Below are positions 43,240 to 52,170 of a stretch of 52,170 nt of DNA, piece by piece (position 1 is the stretch's first letter; every line of letters starts with the position of its first letter). Made by a program: the position numbers and the translations under genes. This DNA is from a virus (lineage: Duplodnaviria; Caudoviricetes): the IMG/VR virus record IMGVR_UViG_3300020433_000009, positions 1-52,170 of that record; one strand, 5' to 3'. The notes under the pieces are model-generated. The model had not been told where the DNA came from. It did no database searches and saw only the letters and a program-made list of their open reading frames with translations.

Positions 43240-44373
43240 TTAACCACCACTAATCTTTGTCACTTCACAGTATCCCTGATTTGCAGGTGTTGCTGCATTT
43301 CCATTATGGTTTGCACCACTTTGTCCAAGCTTGTTGATACCGTTATTGATGGATCCTCCACCTTGTCCACCATGATATGAGGAGTATTGTACTTCACAAC
43401 CTCCACCGTTGTAGCCACCGCCACCTCCACCTGAGATGAAACAGTTACCGTGACCACCGCCACCGCCACCAAATCCACCGAAGGAATCACTTTGGTTTGC
43501 TGTGCCACCTAGAGAACCATCCATATAAGATTGTCCAGCTCTAGTTTCACTCCATGTTGGGTTTTGTGAATAACTAAATCCACCTCCATAGAAACCACCA
43601 CCAGGATTACCTCTGTTAGATCCACTCAATGCTCTATCGCCAGCATATCCTCCAGTACCACCTCTGCCTGCACGACCATCTAGTCCATTTATAGAAGCAC
43701 TACCATCTTTTCCACAAGCACCTGTAGTAGTATTTTGAGTTCTATCTCCACAACCTTGACTGTTAAATGATCCATTACTAGCACCGCCACCACCTGCAGC
43801 AATTAAAAGAATGTCGGATACATTGTTTCCACTTGCCTTGACGACATAAGTTCCACCGCCACCACCGCAGTCGCAATCCTCATAGTTAGGACCTACACCA
43901 CCAGAACCACATAATACATTAATAACTTCTCCTTGTTCTAGGAAAAAATCTCCTTGTATACGAGCTCCCCCTCCACCTGTGTAGTTATTATTAGTTCCAC
44001 CCTGTGCACCATATGCATTAAATCTATACCATCCAGATGAGGGAACTGACCAAGCTTGTCTACCACCACTAAGTGAAATGTTTCCGCTAAGTGGACTACT
44101 GTTATAGTAAGAACCTACAGATGTAGGAGCTGTTCTACTTGGACTACTGAAGAGAGAATAAAAAGTTGCAGTGAAAGGTGATAATACACCTCCTATAGCA
44201 TGCCAAAGACCATTAGCATAAACTTCTAGTTGACTTATAGAATTATTGTATCTAAGATCTCCCTCACGTGGTGAACTAGGTCTTTGACCTGTTGAACCAA
44301 CAGGAAGTTTTACCGCCCCAGTCGTATTGAATGACGGATCTCCAGAAATGTTACCAGTATTAAGAGTTGACAT
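43240..44373 (-). CDS. Short fibre / receptor-binding protein with glycine-rich domain
   Basis: N-terminal LPVGSTGQRP..GDLRYN..LEVY..W adaptor; W.VP..G.Y...AYGAQGG and GGFGGGGG Gly-rich domain; late promoter at 44379-44385. Confidence 0.72.
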   Translation of the reverse strand: MSTLNTGNISGDPSFNTTGAVKLPVGSTGQRPSSPREGDLRYNNSISQLEVYANGLWHAIGGVLSPFTATFYSLFSSPSRTAPTSVGSYYNSSPLSGNISLSGGRQAWSVPSSGWYRFNAYGAQGGTNNNYTGGGGARIQGDFFLEQGEVINVLCGSGGVGPNYEDCDCGGGGGTYVVKASGNNVSDILLIAAGGGGASNGSFNSQGCGDRTQNTTTGACGKDGSASINGLDGRAGRGGTGGYAGDRALSGSNRGNPGGGFYGGGFSYSQNPTWSETRAGQSYMDGSLGGTANQSDSFGGFGGGGGGHGNCFISGGGGGGYNGGGCEVQYSSYHGGQGGGSINNGINKLGQSGANHNGNAATPANQGYCEVTKISGG

Positions 44374-44381
44374 AACCTTAT

Positions 44382-44723
44382 TTATTCTCCGTGGTCAGGT
44401 TCCATAGCTGTTTGTTCCCATGCGTAAGAAGAAGGAATGGGAGGTTTTGGATATTTATCTTTGACTGCTTTTACTTTTGCATTATAAGCTGTCATTTTAC
44501 TATCGTCTCCTAGAGACTGATGATAGATTGCATCACCAAGATCACCTGCAGAGGGGTACTCAGATTTTCTAAGAGTATAACACTCTTCAATAAGACCACG
44601 AAGGATCATCTCCTTAGCAGTATCATCTGAAACTCCTTGATCAGGATTGAGGGCAGCTTCATACCCACTCTGATCGTCTTTCCATGCAAGATAGTTCGAG
44701 GTAATAGTCATCTTAACATTCAA
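44382..44723 (-). CDS. Tail fibre assembly chaperone-like protein
   Basis: RKSEYPSAGDLGDAIYH...KAVKDKYPKP motif, usually found next to fibre genes. Confidence 0.6.
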   Translation of the reverse strand: MNVKMTITSNYLAWKDDQSGYEAALNPDQGVSDDTAKEMILRGLIEECYTLRKSEYPSAGDLGDAIYHQSLGDDSKMTAYNAKVKAVKDKYPKPPIPSSYAWEQTAMEPDHGE

Positions 44724-45627
44724 AGTATACGTGTGCGTTCATAATTCTGTGGTTCTCACTAGAATACTCAAATCCACATGAGGGGTCACATGTTGATCCA
44801 GTAGACCATCCTTGGTATCCACCATGTGAATTCCATTGCCAACTGAAACTTCTACCACAGTTATTACCTGGACCGTAATTAGTATCAGTCCAAGAAGAAG
44901 TATTGTTGTCACTATTAGATGCAGAACCTGCACCCCAGAAAGATCCATACCTAGCCCAGTTCATATTTGGTCTCCCTCCAGGACCATTACAATGGTTCCA
45001 TTGGAAACTTGCTGCAGTGGTTGCGACAAAGGTATAAGAGTCGTTAACACATTGTCTGTTAACCAACATTTTATTATTTAACCAGTTTCCACCTATAAGA
45101 GAGTTAACCCAATCAGAAGGTGCAGCTGCAATATTTCCATTATCATTTAGATATGAAGAATCTAACTTGTCGTAATTATATCCTGCATATGCCCATTTGT
45201 TTTGATAACTTTCTCTACCTCTCTGTACTAACACCCATGCTTTATTAGAAGCAACAGGAGAACTGAAATTTGTATAGCATTGTATAGCAAAGTTTGCACC
45301 ATTTGGTTGATACCAATAATCACCACTGGTTGATATACCAATAGATCTTAGTTCTTGTCCATTAGCAACAGGATTACTTTCTGACTCACCTAGACCACCA
45401 GACTTAGATGCTTCTAACCATCTCTGTCCAGTCCAAAATCTTAACATTTTGTTTGTGGTGTCATAAACAAGTTCTCCTTCACTAACACCGCTAGATGGAA
45501 GGCTTCCAAATGCAAACTGCGGAAGTCTAAATCTGTTAGCAACATACAACCCACCATTTCCCTCAAGGGTAGCAGCAGTAGTACCTGCAAGATTTTGTAG
45601 AGTGTCTATTCTTAAAATACTAGCCAT
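44713..45627 (-). CDS. Short fibre / receptor-binding protein with divergent fibrinogen-like head
   Basis: GELVYDTT..LRFW..RW adaptor; SGDYWYQP..CY..WVLVQRG; Trp/Cys-rich C-terminus. Confidence 0.68.
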   Translation of the reverse strand: MASILRIDTLQNLAGTTAATLEGNGGLYVANRFRLPQFAFGSLPSSGVSEGELVYDTTNKMLRFWTGQRWLEASKSGGLGESESNPVANGQELRSIGISTSGDYWYQPNGANFAIQCYTNFSSPVASNKAWVLVQRGRESYQNKWAYAGYNYDKLDSSYLNDNGNIAAAPSDWVNSLIGGNWLNNKMLVNRQCVNDSYTFVATTAASFQWNHCNGPGGRPNMNWARYGSFWGAGSASNSDNNTSSWTDTNYGPGNNCGRSFSWQWNSHGGYQGWSTGSTCDPSCGFEYSSENHRIMNAHVYFEC

Positions 45628-45629
45628 GA

Positions 45630-45875
45630 TTAAGCGTCCTCAGTTACAGTTATATCAGTCCATGTAACACTGTACATGTCACCTTGTTGTTTAAGCATAT
45701 CATCTCTCCAGTCATTCCATTCAGATTCATCTAAAGAATTATCTTCTCCATTGATTTCTTTCTGCCATGTAACACTGTGTAAAAATGTATTTGAATCATC
45801 ATAAAATTTCATGATAAATTTTAAGTTACCATGCTGATCAGTAGTAGTTCTATTTTTCTTAATAATACACTTCAT
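45630..45875 (-). CDS. Hypothetical protein (81 aa), probable fibre partner
   Basis: ATGA-coupled to the upstream fibre gene. Confidence 0.65.
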   Translation of the reverse strand: MKCIIKKNRTTTDQHGNLKFIMKFYDDSNTFLHSVTWQKEINGEDNSLDESEWNDWRDDMLKQQGDMYSVTWTDITVTEDA

Positions 45876-46819
45876 TTTACATACATAGCTCCATAATTAT
45901 GATGGTCTCCACCAGAACTATACCAATAAGGTGCATCCTGATAAGGACCGCCAGCAAACATGTTTCCTGACCAACAAGCATTGTACCACCATGGATTTGC
46001 ATTATATAAGTTGGCACAGTTACCACCATATGTATCATTGTCATCATCGGTGGTAGTAAAGTTATAACCATATGAACCGTAGACAGTCCAATAATCATAT
46101 TGTCCAGATCCAGGCGATCCTAATTCTACGACCTCACCACTAGCTCCAGATGCTGCAAAGCTATTGACCCATGCACCATTCCAGTTCCAATATTCACGTT
46201 TACTATGACCACCAGTATTACCTAATTCCATAGCACTAGTAGCTACAAATTGAGCAACTTGTCCAGTGCCAGGATTATCAGCAATAATAGAAGACCACAT
46301 TGGAAGACCCATGCACATATTAAATGCACCTAAGTTCTTTCCATCCCCATACTCTCCTCTGTAGTTAACCTGATATGCAGTTCCATTAGCATAGGTTAAA
46401 CCAGTCATTCCTTGAGTTCCCCTTCTATTACATAGAACTAGAACCCAACCACCACTACGATATACTGTATCAATCCAGACGTTAGTAGAAACACCATTAA
46501 TATCTAACCAATACCAACCTGTTGTGGCATTTGGATTTATTGTAAGAAGATCAGTAGATTTAGCTAGAGGTGCATCTGATCTAGTACCAGTTGCAGCATT
46601 AGCAAGAGCCACCCAACCATCTTGAATATAAGTTTCTAATTGACCAATAGTTGTATTATAATACAATTCACCATTTGCAGGAGAACTAGGTCTATTAGAT
46701 GTAGTCCCTTGTGGAATTTTTAATCTTCCATCGACTTGAAAAGTATGACCACTAGGAACCCTTACAGTATTACTGTAGGTCGAAAATCCTTGCAAATCAT
46801 GTAACGATAAAGTACTCAT
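45872..46819 (-). CDS. Short fibre / receptor-binding protein with fibrinogen C-terminal-like domain
   Basis: IPQGTTSNRP..GELYYN adaptor; TGWYWL..GGWVLV; FTTTDDDNDTYGGNCA..PWWYNAC..N matches the fibrinogen-C motif. Confidence 0.78.
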   Translation of the reverse strand: MSTLSLHDLQGFSTYSNTVRVPSGHTFQVDGRLKIPQGTTSNRPSSPANGELYYNTTIGQLETYIQDGWVALANAATGTRSDAPLAKSTDLLTINPNATTGWYWLDINGVSTNVWIDTVYRSGGWVLVLCNRRGTQGMTGLTYANGTAYQVNYRGEYGDGKNLGAFNMCMGLPMWSSIIADNPGTGQVAQFVATSAMELGNTGGHSKREYWNWNGAWVNSFAASGASGEVVELGSPGSGQYDYWTVYGSYGYNFTTTDDDNDTYGGNCANLYNANPWWYNACWSGNMFAGGPYQDAPYWYSSGGDHHNYGAMYVK

Positions 46820-46823
46820 CTTT

Positions 46824-49800
46824 CTATACTACACTCCATGTACCACCATCATTTACAGTTATGGTTACGCCATTATTTATAGTGATTGGACCAGCGGTCA
46901 TACAATTATCTGAGGAAGTAATTGTAATGCTTTCACTACATGTATTTCTATTTCTCTTGAATACACCGTAACTATCTATCCACTGTTTATCACCTGATGC
47001 TCTTAGAACTGTGCTCTTCTGTCCAGATGATAAACTCTCACTTGCATTCAAGTTAATACCATTTAACTGGTTAACTTGTAAACCATATGTTGATTGTGTT
47101 GTATCACCACCTGAGTAGAATGTCCAACAACCACTAGAATCAAGAGATCCAATACCACCGTCACTATCATTTCTATAGAAGAAATCAGTACCAGTTCTCA
47201 TGTATGTAGCAGCATTATTAGCAAAGTAGAATCTTGGTTGACCCTCAGAACTGCTTCTCCATCCGTTAATTTGAGCAGAGAAATATGGTAGGTTAGTTGC
47301 ACTATAACCATCAAGTAAGTCTGCGTTTAGGTTAGTAACAACTGTTGTTGAAGCAACTACAAATGGTGCAGTTCCTTGTGCAACTCTTGATTTAACCTGT
47401 CCAAAGAAGTGGAATGTAGGATCATTATAACGATACTTAGCAACTCTACTATCTACACCATTGTCTCTTCTGTAGAATGTGATATCATCACCTTGCTCAG
47501 AACCAAATGAGGCTGGAGAATTATCTCCATTGTATGCAATACCACCACCATAGACATTTGATTGTCCAATGTATAAGTAACCTGTACCTTGGTTATTACC
47601 GTATGCTTCAAAACCACACTGATAAGAGTCACCTGCGTGTGCTCTAACGTATGTGTTAGCAGATCTACTAGTGGTTCCAAAGATGGCATCTCCAGTAGAC
47701 TCTATTGAGGTAGCTGGATCGCTATCACCAATACCTATACGTCCGTTACGGAAGTATACGTTGTTGTATGATAGATATGTACCATTCCATCCAAAGGAGT
47801 TGGTGTCATTACCAAATCTTATAAAACCTGAGTTTGAATCATTTTTACCCTTAATGGATAGAGCATTAGTGGTTGCCTTACCTAGAGTAATACCATTGCT
47901 ATCTGCAAGATCAAGTATTGAAGTACCTGTGTTTGCAAACGTACCTTGGTCAGCAGTTAAATCAGAGATTGTTAAGTTACCTGATGCATCTCTACGTGCA
48001 ATTGTATTTGCAGTAGCAGTTGTTGCTTGTGTAAATCCATCTAGGTAATGAGCGTCTAGCTGAGATGATGAGCCATCGTTACCTGCATGCCATATAGTAT
48101 TACCATTGACAGTTAAGTCACCTGCATTAAATCTTAGAGTACCATTTCCATCGTTACTGTTACCACCAGAGACGATCATTTGAACGTCATAGTTTGCGGC
48201 TGAACCACTAGAACGGAAATCTAATGTTGGAGTTGTAGAGACTGATGATTTACCAATCTGTAATTTAGCACCAGCTGCAGCATCTGTCATGCTAACCAGT
48301 GTGCTAGAACCACTGTTAATTAAATTAGATGATGATACAGTCCACTTAGTGCCAGGATTAGGACCGAAGACATATATGTTTGCGTTAGTATTGCTACCAA
48401 CAAAGTTAATTGTACCTGTAACTAATGAATATATTTCACCAGATGTATGAGTAAGTTCTTGAACACCGTTAGCATCAACTACGATTGAACCGATGTTATT
48501 TGTTGCACCAACATCTGAGTAGATAGTAAATGTTCCACCGTTAGTAATATTACCACCAGCACCAGTAGCACAGTGGAAGTTAGGAATGTAAAGTGTATAT
48601 TTTAAACCACTATCATTAAGATAGAAATTCTCAAATACAATCTTGTTCTGACCAAGAACTTCTGGTAAGAACATGTCACCGATAGGATGAATTCCTGCAC
48701 GAGTGTCACCTACGTTATAACCAGACTGATACCATAGTCCTTGTGAACCATCTAATTTATCAGCATCTAATCCACTGCCAGAACCATCATTAAATCCAGA
48801 CCAGATCTTATACCAGTTACCATATACAGCGTTACCACCAGAGTTACCTCTTAACCAAAGATTATCATTATCTGTGAATGCAAGTTGTATTGCAGCACTA
48901 CCAGTTGCTTCACGTCTGTATGTAAGAATACCATGTGTAGTTCCACCATCTGTTAGACCAGTAGCAGCGTTATTTCTTAGTGCAGCACCAAGACCATTTG
49001 CAGCTTGTGCAGGAGATGGGTTTGATGTAAGTGATGAGGTCTCGTTAAAGATTCTGTTTGCGGTGTCAGCAGTACCAGATATAGAAATTGCATATATTTG
49101 GTTTGCAAGTCTTGCAGCTGGTAATGTTCCTTGAGATAGGTTAGATGCGTTTGTATAGAAACCACCGTCGTTACCATCTAGTTTGTCAGCATTAAGTTCT
49201 GAACCAGGACCTTGGTCAATTCTTACTTGTCCATCATTGTCAATGATAAATCCACCTTCATCTTGATTACCAAGTGCTTGGTTTGCAACATCTTTTCTAA
49301 ATCTGAATACACCGTAGTTACCAAATGTTGTTGCATTAGGAGTTAAGTTATCACCCTTTCTAATATCAATTTCGATGTTACCAAATGCACGGTTGATAGT
49401 TCCCTTAACAGCAGTCAATGCACCAGAACTACCACCACCAAGTTCAGATGGTATTACAACACTAAATCCAGCAGTATATCCTGTACCAGAGTCAGTTACA
49501 GTAGCAGATGTGATGACACCACCTGAAACAACATATGTTGCTCTTGCAACACCATCAGCAGAAACGCTAACGTTACCACCCTCTAGTGGTAAGTTTTGAT
49601 AAGTTCCATCTGTGTATCCTGTACCACCGTTTGTAATTGTGATGCTGTCAATATAAGAACTATCAGTTACAGATCCAGTAACTAATATCGCATCTTGTGT
49701 AGTAGGTCTAATTGACTGTAATGCATACTCCCATGATGAATCACCACGTAAGAATGTAAAGGAGTTTGCAGTACCCTTACTTGCCATCCTTTCTGGGTCA

Positions 49801-52169
49801 ATAGTACCTGCAACAATATTAGAAGCATCAATGTTTGTTGATGTTAACTGTGTCCAGTTAGCAGCTGTAGATGCTGAAGTATTGATAACTCTGGATAGAT
49901 CAATAATTCTCTTACGATTGAAGTTACCAGATGTGGTGCCAGAAGTCGTTGCAGTTACTGAATACTGATTAGAGTTGATTAAAGATATTGTATAGAAACC
50001 ATCAGCAGCTGTACCACTTGTAAAGTCTAAGTAAACAAGAGATGCATTAGATAGATTATGTGTATTTTCAGTGACAGTAATGGTAGTGCCAGTCTGACTG
50101 TAAGTACCTGTTCCTAGATTTGCAAGAGCTTGATCAAGAATAAAGTCACCTGCATCAAACTTAATAGCATTTGCAATATTAATATTAACTCTACCTTCAA
50201 TCTGAGCAGCAACTACTGCGTTATTGGATGCACCGCCAGGTGATGTTTGTACTTGTACAGTTGGTTGATTATAGTATCCTTTACCTGGATTAGTAATGGT
50301 AACTTTAGTAACTACACCACTTGTTACATTAGCAGTAGCAGCAGCTTGAACACCATTACTGGTATCATCAGGTGCAGATATTGTTAGTGCAAAATCACCA
50401 GCGTATTGTGAACCACCATCACTGATAATAAAGTTAAAGATTAAACCATCATTGTAGTTTGTTACAGTACCACGAGCAGTAGTAGAACTACCTGCAATAA
50501 TATCACCGTTAGTAAATTGGAATGCACTGTTAGGTGTAAATGCTAAGAACTGACTTTCAAGATCATTTTCAAGAATATATGAAACAGCAGTACCTGCAGT
50601 CTCAAATGAATGTGTACCTGAACCTTGACCACTTAAAGGAACAGCCTGACCATTAGTTGCATTAGATGTAGTTGTTGCAAGCTTGATTGTGTTGTCATCA
50701 ACCTTGATAACATAGTAAACAGTTGCGGTTGATAATCCACCAATTGCTGTAGTACCCGCAGTGTATGTTAATTGATCTCCAGTTGAAACTCCATGATTTG
50801 TAATGGTGATCTGATTGTTAGATGTATTAACAGATGCAGGTGCAACACTAAATGTAGTAGAAGTTGTTTCAATAGCAATGTCACCAGCATTTGCGTCTTC
50901 AATTGCTAGTCTTTCTGCTGTAGATGCAACAGAAGTAATATTGAATGGACGTAATGCAGGTATCTGATCAATATTGATCTTACCATTTGATGTCAACTGA
51001 ACAAGGGCAGATGGAACTGCGTTTGTTGAGAATGGTTGGTTTAGATATGGTCCTAGGTTGTTTGAAATATAATCTCTAACAGATGCCTGTGTAGGTAACA
51101 GTGCATCTGATGCGAATGTTCCACCTAAGTTGTCATCATCAGAGAAACCAGTAATCGTGATAGCACCACCAACGATCTTAATAGATGATAGTTCAGAGAT
51201 ACTAACAGTACCAACGAAACTAATAGCACCAGTTCTGTTGAAGATAGTAACAAAATTACCAACCTTGAAATCACCAAACTCGTTAGTACCTGATGTATAA
51301 ACTTGTCCAAAGTTTTGTTCTGCAGCTTCAAATGCAGACCCTAAACCAAATCCACCGTTCTGTGGTAGAGCAGCATAGGTATTACCTGATCCAGAGAATT
51401 CCCAAGTGTGTGATGATGAGTTACATACAGATGGTCTATGGAATCTAATTGTTTTACCTACAAGACCATTTAAGTTACCAGCAGCATAACTGTATACAGT
51501 TCCATTGCTACTATCAGTGTAACTCATGGATATGTTAGTTGTTATCTTAGCAACAATCTGTGAGCCAGGAGCACCACTAATAACATTAGTTTCTAAGATA
51601 ATAGTTTCAACAGCAGGGTTGGTTAACGTTGTACCATCAATCTTAATAATATAATCTTCAACAGGAATGTTAGTTAGAGTTGTACCAGAAACCTGAATAA
51701 CTTGTCTACCTGTTGGAACTCCATTTCCATCAACATCATTTACAACACTATCAATAACACCAACGTCAAATGAGTATGCTTCTGCCCTGAATCCAGTTGC
51801 ACGAAGAGAGAACGTTCCGAAGTTGGATGCAGAGTTGGTTACAGAAGCATAACCACCAGACTGTACAAGAATACCATCTTGACAGAAGATAGCAAACACA
51901 GAAACTAACTGTGTGTAACCATCGTTAGTAACGTTATACGCAGTACCACCAAAACATATAATGGTGAATGCGTTTGCAACCATTGACTTACCTTGTGGGT
52001 CAAACTGTGCAACTGTATTTCCTTGTGCGTTCTGTTTTAAACCAGGTCTAGGTACGTTAGGTGTAGCAACCTTAGCACCATCAATCTCACAACCAGAACC
52101 ACCAAGGAATGATATAAGTGAAGAGTTCTGAATGTAAGGAGATGCTTCAATAACTGGAAGATCTAGGAA
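46824..52169 (-). CDS. Long tail fibre protein (5' end outside the window)
   Basis: Frame is open to the window edge (FLDLPVIEASPYIQN...GKSMVANAFT); Gly/Ser/Thr-rich; repeated L(D/N)AD.LDG and TNGGTGY motifs; C-terminal AGPITINNGVTITV..GGTWSVV. Confidence 0.85.
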   Translation of the reverse strand, partial: FLDLPVIEASPYIQNSSLISFLGGSGCEIDGAKVATPNVPRPGLKQNAQGNTVAQFDPQGKSMVANAFTIICFGGTAYNVTNDGYTQLVSVFAIFCQDGILVQSGGYASVTNSASNFGTFSLRATGFRAEAYSFDVGVIDSVVNDVDGNGVPTGRQVIQVSGTTLTNIPVEDYIIKIDGTTLTNPAVETIILETNVISGAPGSQIVAKITTNISMSYTDSSNGTVYSYAAGNLNGLVGKTIRFHRPSVCNSSSHTWEFSGSGNTYAALPQNGGFGLGSAFEAAEQNFGQVYTSGTNEFGDFKVGNFVTIFNRTGAISFVGTVSISELSSIKIVGGAITITGFSDDDNLGGTFASDALLPTQASVRDYISNNLGPYLNQPFSTNAVPSALVQLTSNGKINIDQIPALRPFNITSVASTAERLAIEDANAGDIAIETTSTTFSVAPASVNTSNNQITITNHGVSTGDQLTYTAGTTAIGGLSTATVYYVIKVDDNTIKLATTTSNATNGQAVPLSGQGSGTHSFETAGTAVSYILENDLESQFLAFTPNSAFQFTNGDIIAGSSTTARGTVTNYNDGLIFNFIISDGGSQYAGDFALTISAPDDTSNGVQAAATANVTSGVVTKVTITNPGKGYYNQPTVQVQTSPGGASNNAVVAAQIEGRVNINIANAIKFDAGDFILDQALANLGTGTYSQTGTTITVTENTHNLSNASLVYLDFTSGTAADGFYTISLINSNQYSVTATTSGTTSGNFNRKRIIDLSRVINTSASTAANWTQLTSTNIDASNIVAGTIDPERMASKGTANSFTFLRGDSSWEYALQSIRPTTQDAILVTGSVTDSSYIDSITITNGGTGYTDGTYQNLPLEGGNVSVSADGVARATYVVSGGVITSATVTDSGTGYTAGFSVVIPSELGGGSSGALTAVKGTINRAFGNIEIDIRKGDNLTPNATTFGNYGVFRFRKDVANQALGNQDEGGFIIDNDGQVRIDQGPGSELNADKLDGNDGGFYTNASNLSQGTLPAARLANQIYAISISGTADTANRIFNETSSLTSNPSPAQAANGLGAALRNNAATGLTDGGTTHGILTYRREATGSAAIQLAFTDNDNLWLRGNSGGNAVYGNWYKIWSGFNDGSGSGLDADKLDGSQGLWYQSGYNVGDTRAGIHPIGDMFLPEVLGQNKIVFENFYLNDSGLKYTLYIPNFHCATGAGGNITNGGTFTIYSDVGATNNIGSIVVDANGVQELTHTSGEIYSLVTGTINFVGSNTNANIYVFGPNPGTKWTVSSSNLINSGSSTLVSMTDAAAGAKLQIGKSSVSTTPTLDFRSSGSAANYDVQMIVSGGNSNDGNGTLRFNAGDLTVNGNTIWHAGNDGSSSQLDAHYLDGFTQATTATANTIARRDASGNLTISDLTADQGTFANTGTSILDLADSNGITLGKATTNALSIKGKNDSNSGFIRFGNDTNSFGWNGTYLSYNNVYFRNGRIGIGDSDPATSIESTGDAIFGTTSRSANTYVRAHAGDSYQCGFEAYGNNQGTGYLYIGQSNVYGGGIAYNGDNSPASFGSEQGDDITFYRRDNGVDSRVAKYRYNDPTFHFFGQVKSRVAQGTAPFVVASTTVVTNLNADLLDGYSATNLPYFSAQINGWRSSSEGQPRFYFANNAATYMRTGTDFFYRNDSDGGIGSLDSSGCWTFYSGGDTTQSTYGLQVNQLNGINLNASESLSSGQKSTVLRASGDKQWIDSYGVFKRNRNTCSESITITSSDNCMTAGPITINNGVTITVNDGGTWSVV

Positions 52170-52170
52170 T

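Noticed and set aside
43380-43990. CCA/CCG-rich quasi-repeats
   Set aside because: Explained by poly-Gly codons; not a CRISPR array or a DNA-level tandem repeat
43240-46819. Diversity-generating retroelement or invertase shufflon acting on fibre tips
   Set aside because: No reverse transcriptase, recombinase, template/variable repeat pair or inverted cassettes seen in the window
51981-51983. Listed start codon of the long fibre
   Set aside because: The frame stays open to the window end, so this is an internal Met

Overview
An AT-rich segment of a T4-like marine cyanomyovirus genome (Kyanoviridae-type; a Prochlorococcus/Synechococcus host is inferred from gene content). Essentially all real genes lie on the minus strand. 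In transcription order (right to left) it holds: a long tail fibre truncated by the window edge; three short fibre/receptor-binding proteins, each followed by a small partner; five 2OG-Fe(II) oxygenase-like genes; a 1.8-kaa subtilase/cupredoxin/Ig protein; the T4 morphogenesis core (gp13-gp23); gp3, uvsY, uvsW and gp55; gp47 and gp46; an HEXXH-VWA plus MoxR/CobS AAA pair with a ParB-like gene between them; gp45, gp44, a Dam-like methylase, gp62 and regA. The strongest candidate for an undescribed system is a fully translationally coupled cassette of two DUF6445-like oxygenases and a class-III PLP aminotransferase between gp55 and gp47, the interval where T4 keeps its alpha-glucosyltransferase. 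Other highlights are an NtcA box / leader peptide / 4-Cys microprotein unit after gp23, back-to-back sigma70 promoters upstream of gp55 that imply an antisense RNA, and several small ORFs missed by the ORF track. I saw no tRNA, rRNA, CRISPR array or intron. All family calls come from motif recognition and synteny, not from database searches.
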